A stretch of 64,000 nt of DNA from Felis catus (Eukaryota), in the NCBI RefSeq assembly GCF_018350175.1, contig NC_058368.1:157916001-157980000 (forward strand). The letters are read 5' to 3'. Position 1 is the stretch's first letter, and the number at the start of each line of letters is the position of its first letter. The notes beneath the pieces were generated by a model that worked only from the letters and a program-made list of their open reading frames with translations, was not told the origin of the DNA and did not search any database. Shown here one piece after another: positions 27,021 to 40,699 of the stretch. The translations under genes were made by a program, and so were the position numbers.

Positions 27021-28385
27021 TTAAGTAATCTGAGAATTCAAAAGTATTCAGTGGATGTAGTATCATGGAGGAAAATGATGACATTGGCAAAAGCAGTGTC
27101 AAGTGGGACAGTGGGCCCAGCAGCCAGATTTAGAATGAAGAATGGGAGGGGGGTGCGGGGGGAGAAAATAAAGTCAAATAAAAAAACAGAACAGTGGAAG
27201 CAAGGAAATAAGATGATGGATGGGGAGGCTATGGAGTTAGGGACGATTTTTTTCATTGTTTATTTAAGTTTGGAGAGTGAGCATATAGCTTAATGCTAGT
27301 AGGTAAGAGGGAAATGCGGGGAGAAGAAGTGTGTGTGTGTGAGAGAGAGATAAAAGGGAGAGGAATTGATACTACTATGCATGATCTCTGAGAAGAATCT
27401 AAGCCAAGATGGAGAGATGGTTTTTTATGGTAAAAGACAATCTCCACCCTGAAACAGGAGGGAGGAGAAAGGGAGGGTTTAGGGATTTGGTGGTGGGAAG
27501 TTGAGGGTATGATGTTCCAATATGATGGCTTATTTTCCCTGAGTAGGAGTTAAGGCCATTTGCTAAGAGTTTATGGGTTAGAGAAAGTAAGAAGTTTGAG
27601 GGTAGAGGACAGTGTCTGAAGGAAAGCTCAGTTAGTGCACAAAAGGTGGGTGAATGACAACAGCTATGAGAGGGATAGACAGTGGTAAGGCTGAGTAACA
27701 AACATGAGGCTCAGCAGCTCCAGGGTTTGAAGAAGGTTGAAAATAGTTGTCTGGAACTTGGACTCACTTCCCACCTAAATTACTAGGCACATTAAGAAAT
27801 AAACAAATTCTGTTAGAAAGGACTATAAAGGAATTTGGGTTTAATAATGAGCACAAAGTATAGCAAAGATAAAAATGAGAATATAGAATTGTTTATCATG
27901 AAGATGAAGTTTCTGGAGAGTAAACTGAAGAGTTTGGGAACAAAGATTGAAACAGGGATTAGGTCAGAGAAAACCCAGAGCGTTACTCAAACAAAAACTG
28001 CTCTGATTTCTTTTTCTTGTCTTCTCTCTCACTTGCTCTCTCTCTTGCTCTCTCACTCTCTCTCTTTGTTTTTCTCTTCAAACCAGTAAGGACACCATTC
28101 TTTTCTATTTATTATTAGAAACTGTTCCTTACCCAAGGCAAGTCAATTGGGATGGATTGCAAAATTTAATTAAAATAAAGCCTAACTAGAATTGACATTT
28201 ATTGGCTACTCAAGTCTAAACTGAGGTGTGTTTTTAAAGATACATTTGTGTTTGGTCATTAATACAGTTCACCATTTTGCTGTGATTATAACTTAATATG
28301 ATCATCTCTCTTCTTTTTCTTTGACCTCACCCTGACATGGTTGAATGTTTTGCTGTAATTTTTAAGTGATCTACATTTATTTTTA

Positions 28386-28598
28386 TTTTTTAATTAAAAA
28401 TTTTTTTAATGTCTGTTTAATTTTGAGAGAGAAAGAGACAAAGTGCTAATTGGGGAGGGGCAGAGAGAGGGAGACACAGAATCCGAAGCAGGCTCTGAGG
28501 TGTCAGCAAAGAGCCCAGTGCAGGGTTCAAACCCAGAAACTACAAGATCATGATGTGAGCTGAAGCTGGTTGCTTAACTGACAGCCACCCAGACACCC
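28386..28598 (-). mobile_element. CanSINE
   Basis: Typical body; TSD ctacatttRttttta. Confidence 0.9.
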
Positions 28599-28849
28599 CT
28601 ACATTTGTTTTTAAATGCAATGTATGTAACTATTAATCAAGAATTGGCTAAAGATGTATTTGTCTCCCAGTTCTATTAGAAGGCTTGTTACTATGAGTCC
28701 TTCAAAAACCAGTTGGGTCAGAGAGATCTATAAACTTGAGGAGAAGAGTAGGTATACCTATATCTTGCAAAGTAAGGGCATGTCTGAAGATGAGAAATTT
28801 TCATCATTTTTTTTTCCTGGCCGCCTTGTTTTTAGGTTCACAGTGTGTT

Positions 28850-28875
28850 TTGTTTTTGTTTTTATGTTTATTTGT

Positions 28876-28911
<36 letters not shown>

Positions 28912-29079
28912 CATGCAAGCAGGAAAGGGGCAGAGAGAGAGGGAGAGAGAGGATCCCAAGCAGGCTCTGTACTGACAGCACAGAGCTGACACAGGGCTTG
29001 AACTGATGAACCATGAAATTATGACCTGAGCTGAAACCAAGATACCCACGGTTAACTGACTGAGCCACCCAGGTGCTCC
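28850..29079 (-). mobile_element. CanSINE
   Basis: (GA)n tract and reverse head ending ccacccaggtgctcc. Confidence 0.9.
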
Positions 29080-29359
29080 TTTCATAATTCTTAATTGTAT
29101 ACTTCATTAAACCTGAGAAGGTAGATTGAAACAATACAGACAGAAAAATAGGTTGGCTTTAAGTGGTTGAAACTTAGTAACTGACACCATGAGAACTGGG
29201 CTTTGGTAAGAATATTCTCACTGCTGCAGGGAAAGTGGAGTGGAAAGGGAGAGATTGGAGGGGAAAGAAAAGTAGGAAGCTGCTGTCATAGTCTAGGTGA
29301 AAAATAGCATGAGTCTAATCTACACACATGACCAGGACTACAAAAATGGTGAACGAAAA

Positions 29360-30335
29360 AATTCCTCTTTTCTCCTCTAGCTTCAACACTTCTGGTACCA
29401 AGTATTTATATAGGGTTTTTCCCACACCAACCAATTTTTCACTTCTCTGGACACCAGCTAAATGTCCTATAATTCACTTATGGCACTAGTGACCTGGAGT
29501 TAGCTCAGACCTCACAGTTTCAGAGCTCAGTCCCACAAGACTGTCCTTTGCTCAACCCTAGAATGCCAGTCACAAGTCTAGGTTGTCACCTGTGGTTCTG
29601 ACTGACCAGCTGTAATCAGAGGTTCCTGTAATTCCCTGCCTCAGGTTTGATAATTTGAAAGAACAGCTCACAGAACTCAGGAAAAGAATGTACTTACACA
29701 GAGTATTGGTTTATTATAAAAGCATACAACTGAGGAACAGGTAGATGGAAGAGGTGCACAAGGCAAGATATGGGAGAAGGGATGTGGAACTTCTATGCCT
29801 TCCCAGCACCTCCAGGTGTTAACCAACCCAGAAGCTCTCTAAACCCCTTTGGGAAGGCTTTTCACGGAGGCTTCGTTTCATCCACACACTTGATTAGATT
29901 ATTGGTCATTAGTGTTTGTCTCCACTCCCAACCCTTCTTACATCCCTGGAGGTCAGGGGGTGGGGATGAAATTTCCGACCCTTTCATCTCACCCTTGGTT
30001 CTTCTGGAAACCAGGCACGGTCACCTTATTAGCATAAAGTCAGGTGTGGCTGAAAGATGCTCCTCTCACCCTTGTTACTGAGGAATTTCCTAAGGGGGCA
30101 TCTGGCTGGCTCAGTCACTTAAATGTCCCTCTTGCGGTTTGGGCTCAGGTCACAATCTCATGGGTTTGAGCCCCAGATTGCGTTCGAGCCCCCCCATCTC
30201 TGCCCTCCCCACTCTATTTCTCTTAAAATAAATAAACGTTAAAAAAAAAAAGAAAGAAACTCCCTCAGCTTTGGAAGCTTTGTGCTAGAAACTGGGGACA
30301 AAAACCAAAATGCATATTATTATATCATGGTTTCA
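29360..30335. mobile_element. MER21-like LTR, interrupted by a SINE
   Basis: ggacaccagct...ctcagtcccacaagactg...cagctcacagaactcagg...agatggaagaggtgcac matches the recalled MER21 consensus. Confidence 0.7.
30093..30251 (+). mobile_element. Short, internally deleted CanSINE nested in the MER21-like LTR
   Basis: Head gggggcatctggctggctcagtc, shortened body, aaataaataaacgttaaaa tail. Confidence 0.8.
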
Positions 30336-30974
30336 CTGATGGGGATGGATAAACTGCAGATATATAAATCCACACTTGATTGGTAACTGAGTAAGCTGAG
30401 GTCACTTTATACAGGGAAGCTCAGGATTCCTGACCTTATATTTTCTTCACTATTCCCATTCCAACTTCTTCTTTCCTGGTTTTCCCCCAAATAGCTTTCT
30501 GAGCCCTGTAGAATTTGTGTTCAAAAGGAACAGCATGTTTCCTGACATGCATAACATTAGGGAGGAGGGATGGAAAACAACTGCATAATTACTGTTGCAC
30601 AATCACAATTGGAGCCAATTCTTCCAGCCTGAAATTGGCTCCTGGTTTCCCCTGGTGACATTTTCAGACCTTCATTATAAGTGAAGAACCTTGGTAACCA
30701 TGTCACACATTTTCCTGTGGTCTGAAACACATTCATTTAATGAGACGATGACCTTTATTTATCCACAAAATGTGACCCCATTAGCTGTTAGCCAAACATA
30801 CAGAGTGAAGTTGAGACAATGACTTGAAACTGAATCTCAGGATTGAGATGTTTTTCTAAACAGCATCTGGCCAAAATGTACAGGAATTACCTCCATCACT
30901 AGGGATTTTGAGAGAAGAGTAGATGTGTTACAACTCTTCAGCTGAGTGTGTATAATAGACTGTATAACTGTTTA

Positions 30975-31336
30975 CTAATAGTGCCCCACTTGCAAAATAT
31001 TGTACTTATCTGCCCCTTTGAAGTTAGGTTTGGTCATACACCTTGCTTTGGCCAAATAAATGTAAGGCAGTGACACATGTATCCTTTCCAGGTAGAAGTT
31101 TAAGAACCTGTGCATTTTGGCAGTGCTGCTTTCACCCTCTCCTTTGGCAACTGGCAACGTAGCCAGTGGCTGCTTTCTCATGCTGGGTCCCTGGGTGAGG
31201 ACAAAGTGATGTGAAGCAGAGCCTTCAGCTGGCATTTGAGGGAAATGTCTTATGACTAAGATACAAACCTTCTTGTTTTAAGCCAATGAGGTTTGGAGCT
31301 GGTGCTACAACGTAGTCAACTTATCTTGACTGATAA
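30975..31336 (+). mobile_element. MLT1 (ERVL-MaLR) LTR remnant
   Basis: tgctttggccaa...ggtccctgggtga...ttgttttaagccaatgaggtttgg...tgactgata. Confidence 0.7.
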
Positions 31337-32009
31337 AGGGTGTATATTTCTATTGCACATCTGTATTATGTATCTGGAGTCATTTTTAAAAGAAAGAAAC
31401 ACTGTGGGGGGGCAGAGGTAGTGTGGGTGTAACAAGAAAAAATTGGTAGAAAATAGTCTTTAAATTGTCACTGGAAATAGGTGAAAATAACACACTTGTT
31501 CTTTTATGTTTAACTACATATTGCTATAAAACTGATCAAATGTTTTAAGTGCTTAGGGGTAAAGAAGGAGGTGGAGGAATTGGAACTTCAAAATAATAAA
31601 TGTATAAAGAAATGGAAAGTTCTCCAGATTTCGTAAAAGGATCGAAGCAGAGTGAACAGAAATGCCTCTAACCACAGACCAAAACAACTGTTGGCTGAGT
31701 GCTTCCCTAACCTGTCATCTGAGATTAGCCTTTGTCTGTGTTCCCTACATTGCCACTCAAATCTTAGAGGATCATTTCCACACTTGGAATACTGGAGGGG
31801 TCTCTCAGACCTGCTTATCACCCATGAGGTACACAAAGTGTGGTACTTGAAGACTAGGTAGAAATGAAGAAAGAAGTCTCTTTTTCTCTAAGGGGCTTTA
31901 GACTTTATCAGGTTGATAGATGTTTTCTTGGTTAGAAAGGATTTCCTCTGTGTCGCTTGAGGTGTTCTTCAAAGAGAAATGTGTAAATGTGGATTAAAAA
32001 ATTTGATGA

Positions 32010-32248
32010 GGTACATGTATATATTGCAATATGATTACCACCGTAGCATTAACTAACCCCTCTTATGTCACATAACAATCCTTTCCTTTGTGTGTATGTG
32101 TGTGTTAAAAACAATTAAGATCTAGTTCTCTTAACAATTTTTTAAGTTTATAATGCAGTACTGGTCACTATAATCATATATAAATGTATCAAGTAAACAC
32201 ATTGTATACCTAAAACTTACACAGTGTTACATGACAATTATATCTCAT
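32010..32248. mobile_element. Two adjacent L1 3'-end fragments in opposite orientation
   Basis: Minus-type ttaagatctagttctcttaacaattt, then plus-type ttgtatacctaaaacttacacagtgttacatgacaattatatctca. Confidence 0.55.
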
Positions 32249-33283
32249 TTTTTATCCGTTCATTTAATTTTTCTTTTCAATATGTAAAAATACCCATAAC
32301 ACAAAAGTCAAAATCATACAAGTAGGTAGACTCAGAGAAGTCTCCTTCCGATCTATACACCTCTACCCACATCTTAGCTGTCCCATGTATAAAATATTGT
32401 ATTGGCTTACAATTTTTCCCTTCTGTATTTCTTTCTGCTTAAAGCAAACATATATTCGTAAAATATACATATATATATTTAAATGATCGCTTCTTTCTTT
32501 TCTTTCAAGTTTTTTGTTTAAATTTCAGTTAACATACACTATAATATTAGTCAGGTGTAGAATTTAGTTATATCATTTATAAAAATGTCTGATGAGAGAT
32601 TAAAATCAGGGCCTGATTTTAGTGTTATTTTGAAGAAAGTAGCATGAGTTGCTTCATGTGACTCAAATACATTTTTCTTAAATTCCTTTTGGGTGCATGT
32701 ATGTGTATGTGTGGAGGAGCTCCAAGGAATTAGACCTAATGTCATTGACTAGTAATGTACAAGTCTACTGTTTCCAGGGGGTTGATGAGGCTTATTGAAC
32801 TGTGTTACATGAGAAATGTGGCTTCCAAAGTTCATTACAATAGCAGACCTGGTGTTAAACCTTTTCTCCAAGTAGGAAGTATGTGTTTTCACCAACAAGG
32901 TTAAAACATCCTTTTTAATGCAATACCTAGAATAGAATTAATTCTTTCTAAAAGAACCAAAATTTAGGTAAGGAGTACTTAGGTTTTTAGACAGGTGTGC
33001 AGACTTACTGTGGCTGTGGCCAGCATTTACTGAAATACAGAAAGAAGCAAACTCTTGCAAATATTGATTAAAAACCTGAATACTCTTCTCTGAGTAAGTA
33101 CATAAACAAAAACTAAAACTTAGTTTATTACTATCTACAAAAACAGGTAAAGTGACTATACTGTTAAAAGGGATAGAAAGGGAAGTGAAGAAACAAACCC
33201 AGATTGTATCTTCAGCCTCACTAGAGCAAAGCTCTGGATTTGTGTGTGTAATCTGCCTACTAACCACATCCACTCAGGTATCT

Positions 33284-33482
33284 TTTTGTTAATGTTTCTT
33301 GATTTTTTGAGAGAGAAAGAGAGAGAGCATGAATAGGGGAGGGGCAGAGAGAGACCAAGGATCTGAAGCAGGCTCTGCACTGAAACAAAGAGCCTAATGC
33401 AAGGCTTTAATTCATGAACCCTGAGATCATGACCTAAAGGAAGTCAAGTCAATGCTTAACTGACTGAGCCACCCAGGTGCCT
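33284..33482 (-). mobile_element. CanSINE
   Basis: Typical reverse-orientation body. Confidence 0.88.
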
Positions 33483-34262
33483 CACTTCAATTCAGATATC
33501 TTAACAGGCATCCAAACTTATATGTCCCATCTGCATTCTTGATGTGCCCCCTTCTTTAACCTGCTTTCCTGTAGTCTGCCCCATCTCAGGAAACTGAAAT
33601 TTCATTCTTCCAGCTGCTCAGGCAAAAACTTAGGTGTCAGGTTTGACTCTCCTCTTTTTTCCCATATTCTGTATTCCATGCATTGGTACATTTGGTCAGC
33701 TTTATTTTAAATCTGTATTCAGAATCTGACAACTTATCATGGCCTCCATTGTTCTCAATCTGGTGGATGCCATCACCATTCCCCTTCTAGATAAAGCAAG
33801 AGCCCCTACTCCTCTCCTTCTTCCAAACTTGTTCTTTTAAAGACGCATCTCTGAAAAGCAACCATTAGGAATTTTTAATATTTGTGTTTTAAAATATTTC
33901 TAATATTTTTTAAAAAATATATACACAATTTAAAGGTCAAATAATTTCAGGTTGTTACTAAAACAACAGTCCCTTAACATCACCACCCTTCCTCCCATTT
34001 ACAGCCTCCCAGAGGTGGCCACTTTGATCTCTTTTATCTGATTCATTTGGTAATGATCACATTTCATTAAATGACAATGCCCTTGTTTAGATGAGGCAAT
34101 AAATGTTGCCAGTTACACCAAGACCACCAATGATTGAGACATATCCTAATTATGGAGGTGTTGAAATAAATGTGGAAAAATAAGGTGACTCAGAATTGAA
34201 GAAATGTGGCACTTTCATTCCTTTGAATAATATGCTTTTATATAAATTTACATGTATATATA

Positions 34263-34264
<2 letters not shown>

Positions 34265-34314
<50 letters not shown>
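34265..34314. repeat. (GT)25 microsatellite
   Basis: Read directly; perfect repeat. Confidence 0.95.
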
Positions 34315-34317
<3 letters not shown>

Positions 34318-35244
34318 GTTTTAGGTTTAGGCATTAAACATTGACTTCCACTATGAGAGGTGAAGGTTTATAACACTTTTATACCCTCTCCCACTGCCCC
34401 CTCATCCACATATAATGCATTTTTTATTATACTAATATCCTATGCTTTCATAGTATGACTGTATAAACATTTTCAGAGCTGGACCATATGATATTCTTTA
34501 ATTGTATATGTTGTCACTTCCTTTTCTTCCCTTTCTTTCTGTTTTTTTTTTCCCTAGAGTTACGAATTATATTTTTCTTAATTGCTTGAGTTTCTATATA
34601 ATTATTCTCAAACTCACTCCCCTATGTACAAATCTTAGAAACATTCAGTTCTTCCTTTCAAAGCCTTATGATGCACTCTAGTCAGGAGTGACTGATCTCT
34701 AAGCATGCTTCAGAACTGTGAGCTTGGCATTTCTTTTCACCATCTTCCTGGATTCTTGTTCTCTCTCTCAACAACCCCTGTTCCTTGGATCTTACATATT
34801 CTTTCTTGATTTATTTCTTTGTATAGAATGTTCATTGTTATTTTTATGGGAAAGTTTCAAAGTAATGTTTTGAAAACTTGCTTGTCTAAAAATAATTTAA
34901 TCTTCCCTACATTTAGTTGCCTGGGTATGAAATTTCAAGCTTGAGAATTTCTCTTAATGTTTAGAAAATATTGCTCCATTCCCCCCCCCCTAAAATCCAG
35001 TATAGCTGCTCTGTGAACCCTGTTTTCTCACTTTTTTGAAAATGCTCATTTCCTTGTGGCCAGAAACTCTGAAACTTTACAATGACTTGTCAGTAGTTCT
35101 TTGAATTATTTAATTGATTTCATCTCCCCCTATTCTCTTCCCATATTCTCTTCTCTCTCTTCTTAAATTTTTATTATTTTGTATATTGATCTTGTGGATT
35201 GTTGTCTTTTTTGACATATACATTTTATAATTTTTTTCTATTTC

Positions 35245-35456
35245 TCTTTTCATTAAAGCTTATTTATTTTGAGAGAGAGAAAGAGAGAAACAGTGAGGAA
35301 GGGGCAGAGAAAGAGAGGGAGACAGAGAACCCCAAGCAGGCTTCTTGCTGTCAGCTCAGAGGCTGACGTGGGACTCCATCTCACGAACAGTGAGATCATG
35401 ACCTGAGCTGAAATCAAGAGTCCGATGTTTCACTGACTGAGCCACCCAGGTGCCCC
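35245..35456 (-). mobile_element. CanSINE
   Basis: Typical body; TSD-like ttttttctattt flanks. Confidence 0.9.
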
Positions 35457-36312
35457 TATTTTTTCTATTTTTGATTTTTCATCTTTGCTTAGTTTTCTAT
35501 ATTTTCTCTATCTTTGACTTATTTCCTAGAAGATTATCATGCAACCTTCTTACTGCATTTTTTTTCCTTTTTTAAGGCATACATTTTATTTCTTAAAATT
35601 GTCTTATCCAGATGTGTTTTTTAAACATTTAAATATCTGTTTCTTCTTTCAGAACATTGAAACTTGTTGACATTTTTTTCTCCTTATGAAGACTTTGTTT
35701 CTTCTAATTACTCTTTCTGCTTTTCAGTTTTCTCTTTGAACCTTGAAATTAATGGCTGTCCTCAAATATGTGTCAGTCCTGGATACCTGTTCATTTTTAA
35801 ACTGGACACCAGAAAGCTCTTTTGGAAGCTGTGGGACTGAGCTTCATTCTAATATAACTTGGCTGAGCTATTTTGTTAATGAATACACAACGTGCATCTC
35901 TTCAGATCTTTTTTCTTGTAGCAATCATTTTCTTCAGAGAAGGATCTCCTTTTAATCTCCTTTATGATGTCCAGTCACACCACTGTCAGAAATCTGGGAG
36001 TAAGGGAAGATAGCTGAGAGTCTCAACTAGTCAACGCACAGTAGGTAAATTTCATTCAATTCCCCTTTTTTCAGTTTGGTACTCCTTCTGTCAAGTGATT
36101 GTCTCTTTATCCTGCTTTATTTTCCTTCTTAGCACTGTTTGCTGCACCGCCATCATATTTTCAGCTGTTAATTTGTTTATTCTTTGTCTTCTCCAGTTAG
36201 AATGTAAGGTCAATGAAAACATGGCTTTATCCCTTTTTGTTCACTCCTGTATCCCCAGTGTCTGATAATGCCTTGTAAATAGAAGGTGATCAATAAAAAA
36301 GTATGTGATAAG

Positions 36313-36391
36313 TTAGGTTAAATCATAGGGAACTTGTGCTATTCAACTGTTTTTTGACCTTCAAAATACAACTTCATATAGTTCAAACTAA
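36313..36391. mobile_element. MADE2-like Mariner MITE (~80 bp)
   Basis: Degenerate TIRs ttaggttaaatcatagggaa...ttcatatagttcaaactaa. Confidence 0.65.
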
Positions 36392-39300
36392 ATAAAAGAA
36401 AATCCAAACAGCTAGGGATTATCATCATTTTCCTAGTGAAATGGAAGTGATTTTAGGAGGTATTGAGTATCTCTTATAGTTTATTTTATAAAAGTAACCT
36501 AATAGTGAGGAAACTCAAGCCTAGAGAGCTTAAATGACTTCCCAAGAACAGACTGTGTTAGGCAGTCAGAGAACCAGGACCAGAATCTTGTGTAAACCTG
36601 ATGATCTGAAGATAAACCTGTATCTATTTTAGTCTGTGGTCTCTGTTGGGTGTTTCTGAAGCAAGAGCGAGAAGAAACAAGCAAACACAAATAACAGGGC
36701 ATTGAATGAAATTGTTTTTATTATATTGCAGGTTCAGCTAAAGGCTACAGACTTGGGTCAATAGGCAATATGAACCCTCATAAACTGAAAAGAACAACTT
36801 GGAAATGCCAAACCTCCCCTCCAGGGCCAGCCTTGTTCTTCAACTCACACCCCTACAACTACATCCAGTCTATATATGCTGACTACTGAAATTCATAGGG
36901 AGAGGGGCACTGATTCACAGTAATGGGTAGGCCTAGGAACAGAGGGTAATGCTGCTTTGTCTGTGCCATCTCCATATTTGGGTTGAGGATATGGTAAAGA
37001 GTTTGGATTATAAGTGCCCACCCAGATTGCTTCTACTATATGGCAAAACTGTTACTCTAGAGAGGTTTGTTGTAGTGAAACTTTGAGTACATAAATAAAA
37101 ACCTTCAAGCAAAGTGATAGAAGGAAGCACATATTCCTACTTCTCCCATCGAAGAATGAGAAAGCTTGAGGTACTAAGTTATAGATTTACCTGTTCATAA
37201 TGTAAATCAAATTGGAGGGCTCTCCACCCATGTAGGACTAAAAGAAACAAAGTTGATGTCCATAATACAGTCACTTACACTTCCAATTCCTGGTATTTAT
37301 CTTCATATTTAAAGGAAATGTAAAACATTTATTGAGCAGATGGCAATCTACATAAGGCCCATGAAATACACCTGTGTCTCCCAGGCTGCAGGTACAATGA
37401 AAACAGCTGTTGACCTGGACCAGCATGTGTTAGTTTTCCATTAGCTCATAGTGTTCACCAGGCCATCTGTAGCTCAGAGCTAAGTAAATGGAGTCATTTT
37501 TCCGTGGTTGGCTCATTTCCATAGGTCGTTATGTAGAAAAGCTGATAAAACATGATTGCTTCAAAAGGTATAGGGGGAGAAAACCCTCTGAGATTCTGGC
37601 AAAGTTTCCAGGAAGGTCATCATTAACAAGGTTGTTCAATAAAATCCCCACTGCCTGTAGATACTTGAATAATCCTGTGGGAGAGGGTAGGTCCACTCAG
37701 ATTGCTGTCAAATGTCAATGAGGTATGAGTCAGAGGCTTAGCATATTCACTTTTATTTTATTTTCTCATGGTACACTGCTCCTCTCTATCCCTTCTTTTT
37801 TCTTTCAGAAACAATTTTTCCAGTAACATCCTGATAGAGTATTCTATAAGGTGACCATTTTCTCAGGGTGTGAAATAGCATGTCCCTTCAATTATCTTAA
37901 AGAGGCTGTGTCTCTTTCATCTATTGACCTATACTTTCCAGGAAGGAAGGAACCATTTTCAGTTTTGGGTCTTTATTGCCTATGATAGCATTTAGCACAC
38001 AGTAGGTACTCAATAAATACCCTTTGGCTGAGATTATGAATAAATTATATATATGCATTGGGAGTAATTTTGGTCATAAGCCTAAATGGCTAATCTGTAT
38101 TAGTCTTTTAATAACACAGCAGATATATGGGCTGAAAATATAATAAAAATGAAGATAAGTAGAAAAAATGCTTAAACACAGCAGGATTATACTTGGCTGA
38201 CTTTGTTATCACTGCTGTAAATTCCTCTCACTTTCTGATTTTTCCTTTCAAGAAATTGCCCGTGTTTAAGTTTCTTTTTCAATTTTAATTTTAGTGCACA
38301 CTAAAGAAAGCACCTTCTGCATCATCCTTTTAGAAAATTAACCCCTGGATGTCTCACAAATTTATACTCAATCCCACAAAATAGAACTTCACTGATTTCC
38401 TGACAATCTATGTCTTTACCCAGCTCTTGGGAAACAAGAATGGAGTCACTACATGAGGCTTCCTGTAAGCTTACAGTTATTCTCAGTTCCCCACATCTCT
38501 GAAACCCCACTTTGAGCCCATCCTTCTCTTTGTTCTTTATGATCAGTTCCTAAGTTGAACTGCAGTAGTTCTTTGCTCATTGGCTTTGGCATTTCATTTT
38601 GAATTTAGTGCAATGTCCAGGCATAGCTAAAAAGGAAATTGTTTGATAATTGGGACATGAACCCTCTCTCTTTTGAGCTAATCCTCAATTTTTGTTTGCT
38701 TTCTTTCTAATGAAAAAAATTCTTAACATCTGCTTGAATTCAGGCATGCATATCTTTCCACTGTAATACTTTCCATTTGGCAGGCAGGATTGTCTTACAA
38801 GGACAAGCCAAGCACTGTCAGCTGATTACGTTACTTGCCTTTTAAAATTTTGCTTCTCAAAAGTACTGGATGACAGTGATGATGACCTATGAAAACCAAT
38901 TAAGGCTTCAGGATCATTTCTACTTGTGATATGGGAATGAGATGGCAGAGAACACTAAGGAACAGTTTATAATGGATAACAGGCTCTTTAGGTAAAGCGC
39001 AGGGTAGGACATGAAATATCTCAGATTCTGTAGCAAGGTGTGTTTTCCTCTGCCAAAACAGGTAGACAAAGGCAGTAGAACTCTCTAATGTCAGTAGATC
39101 AACTTAATCTTCTCAGTTTTTGCCAAAAATATTCCATAGAGTATAGCTATTTGTCTTTTTCAGGAACATCAGGTTTTTCTTTCTTACTGAGGTATAGAAA
39201 GTTTTTTCTCTCTTACTAAGGCTTTCAGAAAATTGTTTAATATACTGGAAGATTTCTGGCCCTGTGGACATTTCCATAGAGAATAGGAACAGCTAGTCCT

Positions 39301-40324
39301 TTTGAAGACAGACTCGTGAATAACTTCACATTTAAGAAAGGAATTGTAATATTTCAAAGCACAATAGCAGTTTAGTCATCTGTGAGGCTGGTTGTGCTGG
39401 ACATGGAACATGTGATTTCATATTTATGGAATGAGTTGTTGGAGTCTTCTCATTCTTTGATTCACTGGAGGAAGTACCTTGAGAGATTATTTTCCTATTT
39501 TAGTAGTAGGAAGAAGCCTGAATGAGAATTTTCAATCTTTCACGATTCTAGAAAATTTCGACTCTGTGTGTTATCTTCTTGAACTGGTTAGTTTTGCTAG
39601 AAAGAGTTGATATTTTGTCTAATCGGAGTGTGCATAGTAGGATTTGCTATTCAATTTATATATTGAATATATCAATATATTCAAGTTGATATATAACTTC
39701 AGTAAAACTTTAGTGAAAACAGTAAGACCAGGCACCTCGTGTAGAGAACCTATTATACTCCACTAAAAATTGGATAATTGCCAGCTATTCAAATGTACTT
39801 GGTGGAAAAAATATGAGTTTCCATGGTACCAAAGCAATGTCTGTCTGAGCCATATGTTTTCCAATCCAAATGCAGAGTTTTTTGGATTCAGAATGTTCTC
39901 CCCCTATATTTATCTGATTTTTGCTGATATTACAAGTGAGAAAACAGTAGGAAATGTTTAAGACCACATAACACAGATCTATTTCCAGAAAACAAGCCAG
40001 TCCTTTTGAAAAGGATATCCTAGAAAAATCTTTTATATGCCTATGGATATTGAATCTATTCTGGAATTTTTGACATAGAGAAGGTATAATGGAAAGAACC
40101 ATGCACTGAAATAATTTCTGATTTGCCCTTTTCAGGTGAAGAGAATACCAGACAATGAGAATACTGGCCCAAGCCTTCTTTGTGGCTCACCATATTATCT
40201 ACTTTAATCTGAATAATCTTTGTGTCAGTGAATACAATAGGCACCCATGGCTGCTCAACATCTTTTGAAAACACTCTTGGTCTTAATAGTTTCCACATTT
40301 TGAGTCCTGTCTTGTCAAGATATG

Positions 40325-40690
40325 ATGTACCATGATCAAGTGGTACTCATCCTTGGGATGCAAGGATGATTAAACATATGCAAATCAATAAATATGGTAC
40401 ATCTCACCAATAGACTGAAAGATCAAAAGATCAAAATTAAATGATCTCAATAGATGCAGGAAAAGCTTTTAACAAAATTCAATATCCTTTCATGAAAATA
40501 AAAGCCCTCAAATTGAATATAGAAGGACTATACCTCAACATAAGAAGGACCAACTGTAACAAGTCCGCAGCTAACAACATACTCAGTAGTGAAAGATTGA
40601 AAGTTTTTTTTGTTTTTTTCTAGGATCAGGAACAAGACAAGGGTGCCCAATCTCACTACTTGTATTCAGCATAGTACTGAAAATCCTGGA
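40325..40690 (+). mobile_element. L1 ORF2 reverse-transcriptase fragment (degenerate)
   Basis: Encodes MISIDAGKAFNKIQYPFM and contains ggaacaagacaagggtgccca (GTRQGCP-like). Confidence 0.85.
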
Positions 40691-40699
40691 GTCCTCTCA

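Noticed and set aside
26426..27024. piggyBac element suggested by the TTAA flanks
   Set aside because: The ends are TG...CA rather than CCY...RGG, and the size and poly(A) signal fit a solo LTR.
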